DNA from: an uncultured bacterium
GTDB taxonomy: Bacteria; Verrucomicrobiota; Verrucomicrobiia; Limisphaerales; UBA8199
Direction: 5' to 3'
Assembly: GCA_963749495.1 (NCBI GenBank)
Contig: CAVVMW010000019.1
Span: 192,001-256,000 of the forward strand
Length of the DNA: 64,000 bases
The translations under genes were made by a program, and so were the position numbers. The notes below the pieces were generated by a model. The model was given only the letters and a program-made list of their open reading frames with translations, had not been told where the DNA came from and ran no database searches. Each line of letters starts with the position of its first letter. Positions within the stretch are counted from its first letter, which is position 1. Shown here piece after piece: positions 1-10,785 of this stretch.

Positions 1-192
1 GGGTGGACGCTTGCAGCTGTTATTATGCTTGCTTACTTCGTCCTGTTGTCCCTGCTCGCCTTGTGCGCCCCAGGTTCCGCTAGAGCTTCAGTCAAGACCT
101 TCTTCTATATTGAGTTCCCTGTTCGGTTTCTTTCTTGGGTAGGACTTATTGCTCTCTATGTTAAGCAGAAAAAGGCCAGAATCATGGCGTAA
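1..192 (+). CDS. 3' end of a small hydrophobic/membrane protein (runs off window start)
   Basis: Frame 1 reads GWTLAAVIMLAYFVLLSLLAL...WVGLIALYVKQKKARIMA* with TAA at 190-192; two hydrophobic stretches. Confidence 0.5.
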   Translation, partial: GWTLAAVIMLAYFVLLSLLALCAPGSARASVKTFFYIEFPVRFLSWVGLIALYVKQKKARIMA

Positions 193-253
193 CCAGCCGC
201 CAGAGCAAACCACCGTTGCTGCTTTCAGTGCCGCTATCGTGGTCCAGGTCGCA
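187..253 (+). other. Degenerate left half of an attC-like (integron cassette) site
   Basis: Stop codon embedded in GCGTAAC, followed by CAGCCGCCAGAGCAAACCACCGTTGCTGCTTTCAGTGCCGCTATCGTGGTCCAGGTCGCA; resembles from memory the verrucomicrobial attC family translating as NxxPEPTAVGAVSSAIAVHVA; no matching GTTRRRY right end. Confidence 0.4.
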
Positions 254-454
254 CATATCCCCAGGTTTGATATTGACGCCTGGCGTGTTCCATGTAAAAT
301 CCCGCAAGACCCTGAGACAACGATGAGCACGACCAGGAAGCAGTTCTCCTTCAACCGGGCAGCGCCAATGAGGGGACGCAGCAGACTTAGGCAGGAGTTG
401 ATGGCCGTTTGCCACGCTGCTCGAAAGGGTATTGGCACAGGAGGCCAATCAACA

Positions 455-2035
455 ATGCAGAAGGAAGACACTAAACCAGGCCCTGGAAAGGCACGAATGA
501 ACACTCGACAGATCGCTACTCTCCAGAATGCGGTTGTCTCAATCCTCCTTATTCTGGTATCAACCCTGTATTTCTTTGTTCCATCATCGGGCAGCGCCAA
601 GGAGGGAGCAGTTCCAAATGACTCTGCGATAGGAGCAGTAGGTGTGCCAGTTGGAAGAGGCACTCTGCCTGAGAGGATAAAGCGGTATGTCAGGCAGCTT
701 GAGTATTCCGATCAAGTGGCCGATGACTTTATCAAGCTGGTGAACGGATGGAAAAATGAGAAGAATACACCTGCCCTTCGCGCATGGCAGCAGGCCCTGG
801 AGGAGGCAAAGCAGAAATGCGCCAAAGGCGAGATAACGCAGGCCAATCTAGCCAGGGCCGAAGAAATCGTGATCCAAGAGCTTGGTCAGAAAATACGCAA
901 AGAATTTGCACACAATGACGAGGCATTTGAGTTGGCCAGTGCGCTCAGCACACAGCAGGCTCAATGCGTAAGTCGTTCGATGATGGTATATATTTTAGGA
1001 AACTCCCTCGGCCTGCTGGTGGAGGGGGTAGATGTTGATCTAAAAGAGCTAAAAGGCGCGCTTAGAACACGCATCGCTGACAGAGGAGATGCAATTGAGA
1101 ATCGTTGGCACGTAGCGACACTTGTGCATTTATCAAACACGACAATAGTAATTGTGGATGCCGCGCTTGGCGTTATTAGCAGACCATTCACATTTGAGGA
1201 AGAATATGGGCAGGTTGGAAATTATTGGGAACTCAAAAACAAAATGAATCCTACGCTAGTCCACGGCAGGATTAGGACTCGTAGTTTGCTCTCTTGCCTA
1301 TATTGGAATCGCGCAGAGGTCCATGTTAACCTAAATCAGTACGCCCAAGCCATCTCTGATTGCACCAAGGCCATTGAACTCGATCCGAAGGACGCACTGG
1401 CCTATTATAATCGCGGAATCGCCTATGCTGGGTTACGCCAGCACGCACAGGGCGTCCCTGATTTCACCAAGGCGATTGAACTCGATCCACAATTTGTCGT
1501 TGCTTATTATAATCGGGCCGTCTGTTATTGGACACTGAATCGACTTGATGACGCTAAAAGGGAATTTCTGCAGGCTCTCGAATTGAACCAGGACGAAAAG
1601 ATCAAAGGGCAGATAGGGGCAAATATCAAGCTGCTTGACGATGCGCTCAGCAAGCCCTTGACCCAGGTCATTAAGCTCGCGCCAAGTCAACTCAGTGTGA
1701 AGGAGGTGGAGACTTCTAGCAGTCGAACAAATATAGATGTTGTTCGACGAGACCGGCACGCCCTAAGCATCCCTGAGTTGAAGGCGGCAGCAACGGAAGG
1801 TAACCGCGAGGCACAGGGTAAGCTAGCCGAATTGTATTACACCGGTAAGGGCGGAGTATCCACAAACGTAGCAGAAGCTTACAGATGGGCGTTTATCGCA
1901 TCATCGAGTGGCGACAAACAGGCAAAGTATTTGCTCGCCCAGATTGAATTGTATATCTCACCCGACGACAAGACCGCTGGTAAGGCCTTGGTCGAATCAT
2001 ACCTCGCAGAGCAAAAACAGAAAGGCACACGGTGA
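455..2035 (+). CDS. Membrane-anchored/secreted protein: transglutaminase-like domain + TPR repeats + Sel1 repeat
   Basis: GGAGG at 440-444 before ATG 455; N-terminal TM segment; putative C-H-D triad (AQCVS, RWHVA, IVDAA); TPRs (AISDCTKAIELDPKDALAYYNRG); Sel1 (AQGKLAELYYTGKGGVSTNVAEAYRW). Confidence 0.8.
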   Translation: MQKEDTKPGPGKARMNTRQIATLQNAVVSILLILVSTLYFFVPSSGSAKEGAVPNDSAIGAVGVPVGRGTLPERIKRYVRQLEYSDQVADDFIKLVNGWKNEKNTPALRAWQQALEEAKQKCAKGEITQANLARAEEIVIQELGQKIRKEFAHNDEAFELASALSTQQAQCVSRSMMVYILGNSLGLLVEGVDVDLKELKGALRTRIADRGDAIENRWHVATLVHLSNTTIVIVDAALGVISRPFTFEEEYGQVGNYWELKNKMNPTLVHGRIRTRSLLSCLYWNRAEVHVNLNQYAQAISDCTKAIELDPKDALAYYNRGIAYAGLRQHAQGVPDFTKAIELDPQFVVAYYNRAVCYWTLNRLDDAKREFLQALELNQDEKIKGQIGANIKLLDDALSKPLTQVIKLAPSQLSVKEVETSSSRTNIDVVRRDRHALSIPELKAAATEGNREAQGKLAELYYTGKGGVSTNVAEAYRWAFIASSSGDKQAKYLLAQIELYISPDDKTAGKALVESYLAEQKQKGTR

Positions 2036-2239
2036 GTAGGGCATCATGCACCCATCTCCTCATAGCTAAAGTAAACAGCTAAAACCTCTGATTCCCACAG
2101 ACTGCACACCAACCCCCGCAGCCCTTCATATAAAGCTACAGGAGCCGATGTAGAAGCCAGGGAGTTGATTACAGATGGCGGCGCTCCATCTAAAAAAAGG
2201 TTAATAGCTAAACGCCCTAGTTAAACGCCCTGGCTTCTG

Positions 2240-2315
2240 CCCCCTCCAACACTTGCCACTGTATAGCCTGCCCATCAATCAAGCAGAACTGTACAGTAGC
2301 AAGTGTTGGAGGGGG
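2240..2315. repeat. 24-bp inverted repeat (one mismatch) with 28-nt spacer
   Basis: CCCCCTCCAACACTTGCCACTGTA (2240-2263) / TACAGTAGCAAGTGTTGGAGGGGG (2292-2315); lies between convergent ORFs, possibly a bidirectional terminator. Confidence 0.85.
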
Positions 2316-2321
2316 AGTTGA

Positions 2322-2600
2322 TCACAGGGAACGGCGCAAGTCGCGACGGGCCAGTCTTTCTCTGGTTGCACTGATTCTGTCCTTCCAGCGAGGTTTGCGA
2401 GCGATTTCGATGAGTATATCCGTTCCCATAAAGGCGGCTATGGTTTGCGCCAGCCGCTCCTCATGATACTTCATCGTCCAGTTGTTCAGGTGGCGTCTGC
2501 GTGCAAGGCTGGACAGGGGCTTGCCCTCGATTATGCAGTTGATGATGGACGGGTCACGCTTTGATGAGCCGGCCACATGAAGTAAATGATATTGAAATAT
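2322..2600 (-). pseudogene. C-terminal fragment of a sigma-70 region-4-like HTH protein
   Basis: IINCIIEGKPLSSLARRRHLNNWTMKYHEERLAQTI resembles an HTH; no convincing start; a REP half-element lies just upstream. Confidence 0.35.
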
Positions 2601-2679
2601 GTCCAATTGACAGACCACCCTCGTCTCGCCTGCGCTGAGCGCTTCACGTCCGGTCGGCACATACGGCCGACTCTGGCAC

Positions 2680-2778
2680 TCCCTCTGGGGTGCGCCGGCG
2701 CTCCACGGTCTTCCGGTGGTCGTCCGCCCCTGGTCCCGCGAACGACCACCGGCTACCTTCTGCCAGCCCTCCGGGTTG
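2680..2778. repeat. Half copy of REPIN family B
   Basis: CCGGCTACCTTCTGCCAGCCCTCCGGGTTG matches the arms of the elements at 15854 and 31301. Confidence 0.7.
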
Positions 2779-2836
2779 GCCAGGCTGGCCGGAAAGGAGG
2801 TGGGGAGGGGGGGGCACCCATTAGCGCCAGGAGCCT

Positions 2837-3275
2837 TCAGCGATAAACTTCTCGGCGGTGGCGCACGCGGTGGTCAATTTGGACAAGGGGGACTGGTTTG
2901 GCGTCGGTGAGCATCTGGGTCGGGCCCTTTAGCCGGGTTCATAAGTAACCGGAGGCTGCTTGCGCACTTGCTTTTCATCCCGGAGGGATGCCTGAGAATA
3001 GCCCAACGCTTCAGCGTTGGGTGGTGGGGCCGAGGCGGTCAAGTCCCGAAGGGACGGCCGAAATGTCGGGCTGCTCAGCCGTCCCTTCGGGACTAGAGCG
3101 TTTTTGGGCACGCCAACCCAATGCTGAAGCATTGGGCTATTCTCATGTGTCCCTCCGGGACAGCGATCCATGGGGACGCTTTGGCTGCGTCCGCCGACAG
3201 GAAAATCGGGATTAATTCCTGCACGGGCACTTAGCGCGACGAGCTTTCAGGGAGCAGCAGGCGATACGTCCTCAC
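2837..3275 (-). pseudogene. relE: RelE/ParE-family toxin remnant split around a REPIN
   Basis: GTGA-coupled start at 3275 gives VRTYRLLL..; C-terminal ..LVQIDHRVRHRREVYR* ends at 2837 (typical RelE terminus); middle missing. Confidence 0.65.
2975..3162. repeat. REPIN-like nested palindrome (family A)
   Basis: ATCCCGGAGGGAT..GAGAATAGCCCAACGCTTCAGCGTTGGG..GTCCCGAAGGGACGGC mirrored by GCCGTCCCTTCGGGAC..CCCAATGCTGAAGCATTGGGCTATTCTC..GTCCCTCCGGGAC. Confidence 0.85.
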
Positions 3276-3477
3276 CCCTGCTTGCGCCGGGCCAGGTATT
3301 CGTCCAGCGGGCGATAGTGGAGCGGCCTGCGGCGGGCGCGCTTCAGCCAAGCCACGTCGTCGGCATCCTCAACCCGCTCCAGCAGCTCTTCGTAGTCCTT
3401 GATAGGGATGATGACGGAAACGGGTTTGCCCTTGCGCGTCACGATCTCGGGCTGAGTCGGCTTTCTTTGGGCGGCGC

Positions 3478-3481
<4 letters not shown>
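3272..3481 (-). CDS. Phd/YefM-like type II antitoxin
   Basis: EIVTRKGKPVSVIIPIKDYEELLERVEDADD motif; ATGA overlap with upstream gene. Confidence 0.85.
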
Positions 3482-4238
<757 letters not shown>

Positions 4239-4329
4239 CTGTTAGCCGCTCTCAGCGTCTGAGCGCATGCTTCTCGCACGCTCTTCGTCTTGGTCTTGAT
4301 TTCCGGGTTTTGGGCTTCATATTTGGCGC

Positions 4330-6083
4330 ATGGACAAGGATCAGGTTGCCGAGGTGCTGGCCAGCATCGCCACGCTGCTGGAGTTGAAGGGGGAGAACCC
4401 GTTCAAGACGCGGGCCTACCTGAACGGCGCGCGCGCGCTGGAGATGCTCAACGAGCCGCTGGAGAAGCTCGTGGCCGAAGAGCGCCTGGGCCAGATCAAG
4501 GGCATCGGCGAGGCGCTGCAGAAGAAGATCACCGAACTGGTGACGACCGGCCGGCTGGGTTACTACGAGGAACTCAAGGCCGCCACGCCGCCCGGATTGG
4601 TTGCGATGCTCGACATCCCCGGGCTGGGGCCAAAAAGGTCAAGGCGCTGCACGACACGCTGGGCATCCAGAGCGTCGAGGAACTGGAGCGGGCCTGCAAG
4701 GAGGGCAAGGTGGCCGCGCTCCCCGGCTTTGGCGACAGGACGCAGTCGAACATCTGCGAGGGGATCGAGCGCCGCTGGGCCTACTCCTCCAAGCACCTGC
4801 TCAGCCAGGCCCTGCCGGTGGCGGAAGAGTTGCTCGAGGCCCTGCGCAGTCATCCGGACGTGCTCCGCTGCAGCGCCGCCGGCAGCCTGCGCCGGCAGCG
4901 GGAAATCGTCGGCGACATCGACCTGCTGGCCTCGTCGAAGGCGCCCGGCCGGGTGCTGGACTTTTTCGCCGGGCAGCCCGGCGTTGCGCGCGTTATCGCC
5001 AAAGGCGACACCAAGGGGAGCGTCCTGCTGGGGGAGGGCATTCAATGCGACCTGCGGGTCGTGAGCGATGCGGAGTTTCCCTCGGCCTTGATGTATTTCA
5101 CCGGGAGCAAGGCGCACAACATCGTCCTGCGCCAGCGGGCGATTGACCGCGGCCTGCGGCTCAACGAATACGGCCTGTTCCGCTCGAAGGCCGAGACGCG
5201 CGACGCGCGCCTGCAGGCGCCCTGCAAGAGCGAGGAGGAGATTCTCGAGCAACTGGGCCTGCACTACATCCCGCCGGAGCTGCGCGAGGACATGGGCGAA
5301 GTCGCGGCGGCGGAAAAAGGGCCGCTGCCGCGGCTGGTCGAGTGGACCGACCTCAAGGGCTCGCTGCACAATCACTCGACCTGGAGCGACGGCCACCAGC
5401 GCCCCGACGAGATAGCGCGCGCCATGAGCGAACTGGGCCTGGCCTACTGGGCGATTACCGAGCATTCCAGGGCCTCGTTCCAGGCCAACGGCCTGGATGC
5501 CCCCCGGCTGCGGGAGCAACTCAAGGAAATCCGCGCGATCAACCAGCGCCTGGCCCAAGAGGGCGACCCGTTCCGCCTGCTCACCGGCGTCGAGGTGGAC
5601 ATCCTCAAGGACGGCACCCTGGACCTGCCGGACGACCTGCTGGCCGAGTTGGACGTGGTCATCGCCAGCATTCATCAGAGCTTCAGCCAGAGCGAGGCGG
5701 AGACGACCGGGCGCCTGATCCAGACGGCGCACAATCCTTACGTTCACATGCTGGGCCACGTGAGCGGCCGGCTGCTGCTCGAACGCGAGCCTTACAAGCT
5801 CAATCACCATGCGGTCATCGAGGCCTGCGCCCAGACCGGCACCTGGCTCGAACTCAACGCCCATCCCTCCCGGCTCGATATGGATTGGCGCTTCTGGCCT
5901 TACGCCAAGTCCAAAGGCGTCAAGTGCGTCATCAATTGCGACGCCCACCGCCTCGAGCACGCCGGCTTCCTCCGCCTGGGCGCCGGCATCGCCCGCAAAG
6001 GCTGGCTCGAAAAGAAGGACGTCCTCAACACACTCCCCCTCGACAAGCTGATGGTGGAATTGCGGCGAAAGCGCGCTATCTGA
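4330..6083 (+). CDS. polX: DNA polymerase X / PHP 3'-5' exonuclease; frameshift near 4635
   Basis: GENPFKTRAY, GSLRR..VGDIDLL, YFTGSKAHN, PHP motifs HNHSTWSDG and NCDAH; frame switch in the A-run at 4632-4636. Confidence 0.93.
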
Positions 6084-6123
6084 GGGGGGGCAGGAAAGAA
6101 TTCTTCGCTGCCGCCTGAAGGCG

Positions 6124-6300
6124 GGCGCATCCTGACAGTGCCCCCGGAGTGCGCCCGTCCCCGGGCGCAGCAGCCGCGGAGCGGGCCAGCACGCTGGAGT
6201 GTTTGACCGCTGCCCTGGCTCCGGACGTTGCTGCGCCCGGGGACGGGCGCACTCCGGTCCGGCGCCCCGGCGGTGCGGGCAATGTCGGGATGCGCTCCCT
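6124..6300. repeat. Palindromic element family C (second copy inside nuoI)
   Basis: GGAGTGCGCCCGTCCCCGGGCGCAGC...GCTGCGCCCGGGGACGGGCGCACTCC; inverted homologue at 61183-61357. Confidence 0.9.
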
Positions 6301-6378
6301 GAAGGCGGCGTTCCGCAGCCAACCGGAACGCCGCCTTCAGGCGGCAGAATGGGCGCCCGAAGAAATCGGTCGTGCGCG

Positions 6379-8056
6379 CTATTTGAGGTCTTCTTCGAGG
6401 ACCTTTTTGATGCCGGCGAAGATGTTCTCGGCCAACTGCTGGCGGCCCGGCTGGGTGAGATGGCCCATGTTGATGAACTTCTGGTGAACGCCGTCCAGGC
6501 CGGGATGAGTATCGACCAGACAGATTTCGGGGTGTTGCCGTGCCAGGATTTCCAGGAGTCGCGAGTGGGCCTGGTTGGCCTGGATCATCCGCGCGACCAA
6601 AGGGAAGCTCGTGCCGTAGAATTCGACGACTTCCGGCGCGCTCTGCTGGTTGACGGCCAGAGAGAAATTGGCCAAGGCCAGGCGGAGGTGGTTGGTCTGG
6701 GCGATTTGAATCAACTGGCCATAGGCCCCGGCGTACTTGGATTGAGCCACGTCCGAGAGAAGCGGCCTGCGGGCGGGCCGAGTCAGATCGAGGGTCTGGC
6801 GGCGCCGGTAATAGAGGATTCTGAGGCGGTATTCGCAGTCAGCCAGCAATTTGAGGGGCCTTGGTTTATAGATTGGAGGGAAGCGTCCGATGAGGGAGGG
6901 CAGGGCTTCATCAAGCATGCGGAAGCCATTGGCCCCGTGGTAGGAGAGGAGCAGGTCGGGCTGGAGGGGCGCGAGGTCCGTCCGCCAGCGGGCAACGTTG
7001 TGAGTCAGGTCATAGGCGGGCACGCCGGCGTTGATGACCTGGAGAGGGCGCCGAGGGTGCAGCCGTTGGCGGATCAACTCCTCGAGCAGCTCAGGCCAGG
7101 GCCGGTCGTCGCGGCCCAAGGTGCATCCGAAGGTCGTGGACTCGCCCAGGGCGATAATGCGGTAAGCGCCGCCCTTTTCCGCCGGGATGTCCTTGCCGCG
7201 GAAGCCGAGGCGGTTGATGACTATCGGGCTTTGAAACAAGCGCCCTTGGCTGCCCGGCCGCAGGCGAAAGGGGACAACCCCGCCGGGGTCTGGCATGATG
7301 ACCTCTCTGGCCATCTGGTCCCACTGAGTCAAGTAGTAGTTCCACCAGCGCCGGAACGCCGCTGGGTCGCGGCGGGCGGCCTCGAAGGAATAATAGTGCC
7401 AGCCCGAACTCGGGCCGGAGGTCTATGCGGTAAGCCGGGCGGATGAACAAATCGGCGATGGGCAGTCCGACGACGATCAGGATCAGGGTGTGGATGGCCT
7501 GGGCGCCCAGGGCGTTGAGGCGGAACCACAGCCGGCTGGCGATGAGCAGCGACAGGGCCAGCGCCAAGGCGCAATAGAACGGGCCATCAACGTCCTGTTG
7601 ATAGGCGCTTGCCAGCCAGAGCAGGCTCCCGCAGAAGGCCCAGCCCATGCCGAGGATCTTGCAGTGGGTCTTGAGCGCGGGACCGCTCCGGCCCACAGCA
7701 GCCGCCAGGAGCGCCGCCGCCTCCAGCAGCGCCACGACGGCGTACCAGCCCAAGTAGTCGTCCAGGTGCACAGACTGATGATCGGCGAGCAGGAGGCTGG
7801 CCGACGCCCCCAGGCTGCATCCCCAGACCCCGAGGACCAGCCAACGCTGGACCCGGGAGCGCGCCCGTCCCGCAGCCGGCCCGGCCAGCCAGGAGGCGGC
7901 ACCAGCCCCGGCACCCAACAGTCCCAGGGCAACGATTCCCGGCGCAGGCACATTCCCCCAAACGCTTATCACGACCAGGCAGCACGTGGCGAGCAACTGG
8001 ACTGGAACCAGAAGGAGGGTCAATAGCCGGTGGCGCATCTTGGCGGTTTGCTCCAT
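6379..8056 (-). CDS. Multi-TM membrane protein with C-terminal SGNH/GDSL hydrolase; frameshift near 7400
   Basis: N-terminal TM helices (ORF 7091-8056) joined to INRLGFRG, ALGESTTFG, INAGVPAY, NMGHL (ORF 6379-7332). Confidence 0.8.
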
Positions 8057-9240
8057 TACTGGCTACCGGCTGCAATCGGGTACCGCCCATATTGGCGCAC
8101 GAGCTTGACGATGGAGTCGTAGGTGTGGCCGGAGACGGCGCTGGTGACGGAGTGGTCGGATTGGAAGATGTAGCCGCCGCCCCGGGCGGCGTCGAGCTTG
8201 CGGAGGACCTCGAGGCGGATGGCCTCGGGGTCGCCGGTTTCCCAGACGGTGATGTCGCTGTTGCCGCAGAAGCCGATGCGGTGTCCGTAGAGCTGGCGCA
8301 ACTGGACGACATCCAGGCCGGCCTTGGCCTCCAGGGGGTTAAGGGCCTCGATGCCCATCTCGATGAAGTCCGGGAAGATGGCCTTGACGTTGCCGCAGCC
8401 GTGATAGATGACCGGCAGGCCCGCCGCATGGGCGGACTCGGTCATCCGGGCAACCCATGGCTTGAAATACCGGCGCCAATAGGCAGGCGACATGAAGGTG
8501 CTCCTCTTATAGGCCACGTCACCCCAGATGACAAACCCGTCGAGCATCCCGCGGCCCGCCTCCAGTTCGGCCCGGGCCATCCGAAGGTAATAGGCCCCGA
8601 GGCGGGTGATGACGGCGCCCATGCGCTCGGGGTGTTCGGCCATCCAGAGCATCGCGTTGGCCTGGCCGACCAGGCGCGTGAGACACTCGCTGGCCTCGAT
8701 GATGCTGCCATAGACCGGAAAGTCCGGGCTTAGAGATTGCACGGTCATCAGCCAGGGCGGCGAGTTGCGCTCGAAGCCGTCGCCGACCCCGGCGATCTGG
8801 TTGTCGCCCGCGGTGTGGAAACGCCGGCGGTCGGCCGGGTCATCGAACTCGCAGCGTTCGAGCTTCTCGAAGGTGTCGATTTCCCAGGCGCGCATCTCCG
8901 GCATGGGAAAGTCGAAGTGCTTGTGCAGGACGGCGCCGAAGCCGGTGCGCACCACGACTTCCTGGGCGGTCTCTTTGAGCGTGGCGAAGGGGCGTATCCA
9001 GGGATCCATGTTCGGCAGCGTGACGATCCAATCCAGGTCGTAGTAATCGTAGGGATTGGCGTCGGGCGGCAGGTGCAATTCCCGGCGCCAGCGCCGCACG
9101 AAACCGCCCCAGAAGAAATCGCTGATGGGCACCCGGTCCGGCTCCTGGTGGTGGAGGGCCTGGTTCAGGCGCTGCAATTTGCGAAGGGTTTTGGCTTTGC
9201 GTAGCGGCTGCGGGGTGGATGGGATGACGGTGTCGGGCAT
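8056..9240 (-). CDS. Uroporphyrinogen decarboxylase/MtaA-CmuA family protein
   Basis: EPDRVP, WGDVAYK..FMSP, IYHGCGNV, LNPLEAKAG, GGYIFQSDHS. Confidence 0.88.
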   Translation of the reverse strand: MPDTVIPSTPQPLRKAKTLRKLQRLNQALHHQEPDRVPISDFFWGGFVRRWRRELHLPPDANPYDYYDLDWIVTLPNMDPWIRPFATLKETAQEVVVRTGFGAVLHKHFDFPMPEMRAWEIDTFEKLERCEFDDPADRRRFHTAGDNQIAGVGDGFERNSPPWLMTVQSLSPDFPVYGSIIEASECLTRLVGQANAMLWMAEHPERMGAVITRLGAYYLRMARAELEAGRGMLDGFVIWGDVAYKRSTFMSPAYWRRYFKPWVARMTESAHAAGLPVIYHGCGNVKAIFPDFIEMGIEALNPLEAKAGLDVVQLRQLYGHRIGFCGNSDITVWETGDPEAIRLEVLRKLDAARGGGYIFQSDHSVTSAVSGHTYDSIVKLVRQYGRYPIAAGSQ

Positions 9241-9336
9241 GGTGATTTGCCGGTATGACCAGTGCGCTCGTTCGCCTGAGATGAATGGCGCGGGTATCTT
9301 GACGACAAACGAGCGCCGATAGCAAGCGCGGAGTGG

Positions 9337-9411
9337 CCGGCACAAGGGGGGCGGACGAATGACGAATGACGAATGACGAATGACGAATGACGAATGACCG
9401 GCACAAGGGGG
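9337..9411. repeat. (GACGAAT)6 heptamer array flanked by a 14-bp direct repeat
   Basis: CCGGCACAAGGGGG at 9337-9350 and 9398-9411. Confidence 0.9.
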
Positions 9412-9440
9412 ATCTGGATGGGCGATGAAAACACAGAGAC

Positions 9441-10241
9441 ATCGAGTAGAGCAGAGGCGCGAACATGATTAGGCCAATGACTTCCAATGTATCGGCCCTT
9501 TCGGGCATCGTGGCAAACGGTCATCAAGCCATCCACTTCGTTTCCTCTGCCCCCTCTAAAATTCCGTACGGTGGGTTTTCCCCAGTACCGGCTTCAAACC
9601 CGCCTGACGCCACGGCCACCTTCGCGGGTATGCTACCGCCCGCTTATAGGCCGTCACTGTCGGTATCTCCGTCCCCGGCGTTTGTTCCGTAGTCGGACTT
9701 GCGTCCAAGCGGCACCGAGAACCTCTGACCACGACCGCGGGTCCAGTGGCCCTTGGCTCCCCAACCGGTTATGCTGTCCGGTCGGCTCGTCGCTTACTAT
9801 GGCCACATGTGCGCCTCTGTTGGCCACCCAGCGGCTTATGCATTATTCCGCCAGGCTGCGGGACCAACCCGCCAGCCCCAGAGGGTCCCCAATTTACTCT
9901 GCCAGTCCTTTCACCCCATGCCGCCGCCCGTACTCCGGTGACTCCAACGATTGCCTGCGACGATGCCTTCATCGTTGGTTGTGCCTTCGCCGTTTTCGCA
10001 CCGGTTCGGCAGTCACAAATCCCACGAATCCGGAACCCGTGGGTAGCGTAACGAAGCTGCAGCTTTCGCTTTATGCTACGGCCTGGAGGTGTTGCTCGCC
10101 CTGCTCCGGCCAGGACTTTTACGACCGAGCTTTCGCGGGTCGGGTCGCCCCTTCCCGTGTCGGTTATCACTGTATGGTTCATCGTCAGTTACCATCGCCG
10201 GACTTCCACCGGCTGGACTGGCAGCCTTATGGGCTGCGAGC
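9441..10241 (-). ncRNA. ORF-less group II intron (801 nt)
   Basis: 5' end GCUCGCAGCCCAUAAGGCUG..CCGGUGGAAGUCCGG; DIII-like GACAGCAUAACC..GAGCCAAGGGCC; DV GAAGCCGGUACUGGGGAAAACCCACCGUACGGAAUUUU (9558-9595); DVI GCAGAGG..CCUCUGCUCUACUCGAU; EBS1 GAAGG pairs with exon CCUUC. Confidence 0.88.
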
Positions 10242-10305
10242 GAAGGGCGCAGAGAGAGATGAAAAACCGCTTTACCCCGCAGCGAAAGAGGCTATGCTCA
10301 TGAGC

Positions 10306-10524
10306 ATGAAGAAGTTCACGGCCATCATTCACCGAGGCGAACCGGATGAGGGTGGCTTTTGGGCAACGTGCCTGGAAGTTCCCGGCGCCAACGGCCAGGG
10401 TGGCACAAGGGAGGATTGTCTTCGCAATCTCAAGGAAGCCATTCAACTCCTGTTGGAAACGGAACGCGAAGAAGCCTTCCGGCTGGATCCCAAGGCGGAG
10501 ACGGCGGAACTCGTGGTTGCATGA
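10306..10524 (+). CDS. hicB: HicB-family antitoxin
   Basis: GGFWATCLEVPGANGQGGTREDCLRNLKEAI. Confidence 0.9.
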   Translation: MKKFTAIIHRGEPDEGGFWATCLEVPGANGQGGTREDCLRNLKEAIQLLLETEREEAFRLDPKAETAELVVA

Positions 10525-10715
10525 AACGCCGGGCCTTGCTGGCCCACCTTCAGGAACATGGTTGCGTGATGATCCGGGAAGGCGCCAGCCATTCGATCTG
10601 GGCGAATCCGCAGACCGCGCGCAAAGAGGCGATTCCGCGGCACAATGAAATCAAGAGTCACTTGGCGCGCTCGATCTGCCGCAGCCTTTCGGTGCCGGCT
10701 CCAATGGGCGATTGA
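10521..10715 (+). CDS. hicA: HicA-family toxin
   Basis: MKRRALLAHLQEHGC..REGASHSIW..AIPRHNEI; ATGA overlap. Confidence 0.92.
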   Translation: MKRRALLAHLQEHGCVMIREGASHSIWANPQTARKEAIPRHNEIKSHLARSICRSLSVPAPMGD

Positions 10716-10785
10716 GGCGACTCTCTTAAGAAGCGAGCCAGAGAAATTTATGGCCTTGCAACGCGCGCGGGATTAGCCTGCTGCC

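Noticed and set aside
149..454. N-terminal extension of the TPR protein
   Set aside because: It overlaps the upstream gene end and the attC-like relic; a clear GGAGG precedes ATG 455.
9487..10305. 345-aa ORF as an intron maturase or extended HicB
   Set aside because: It is antisense to the intron, has no RT motifs, and only the last roughly 72 aa are HicB.
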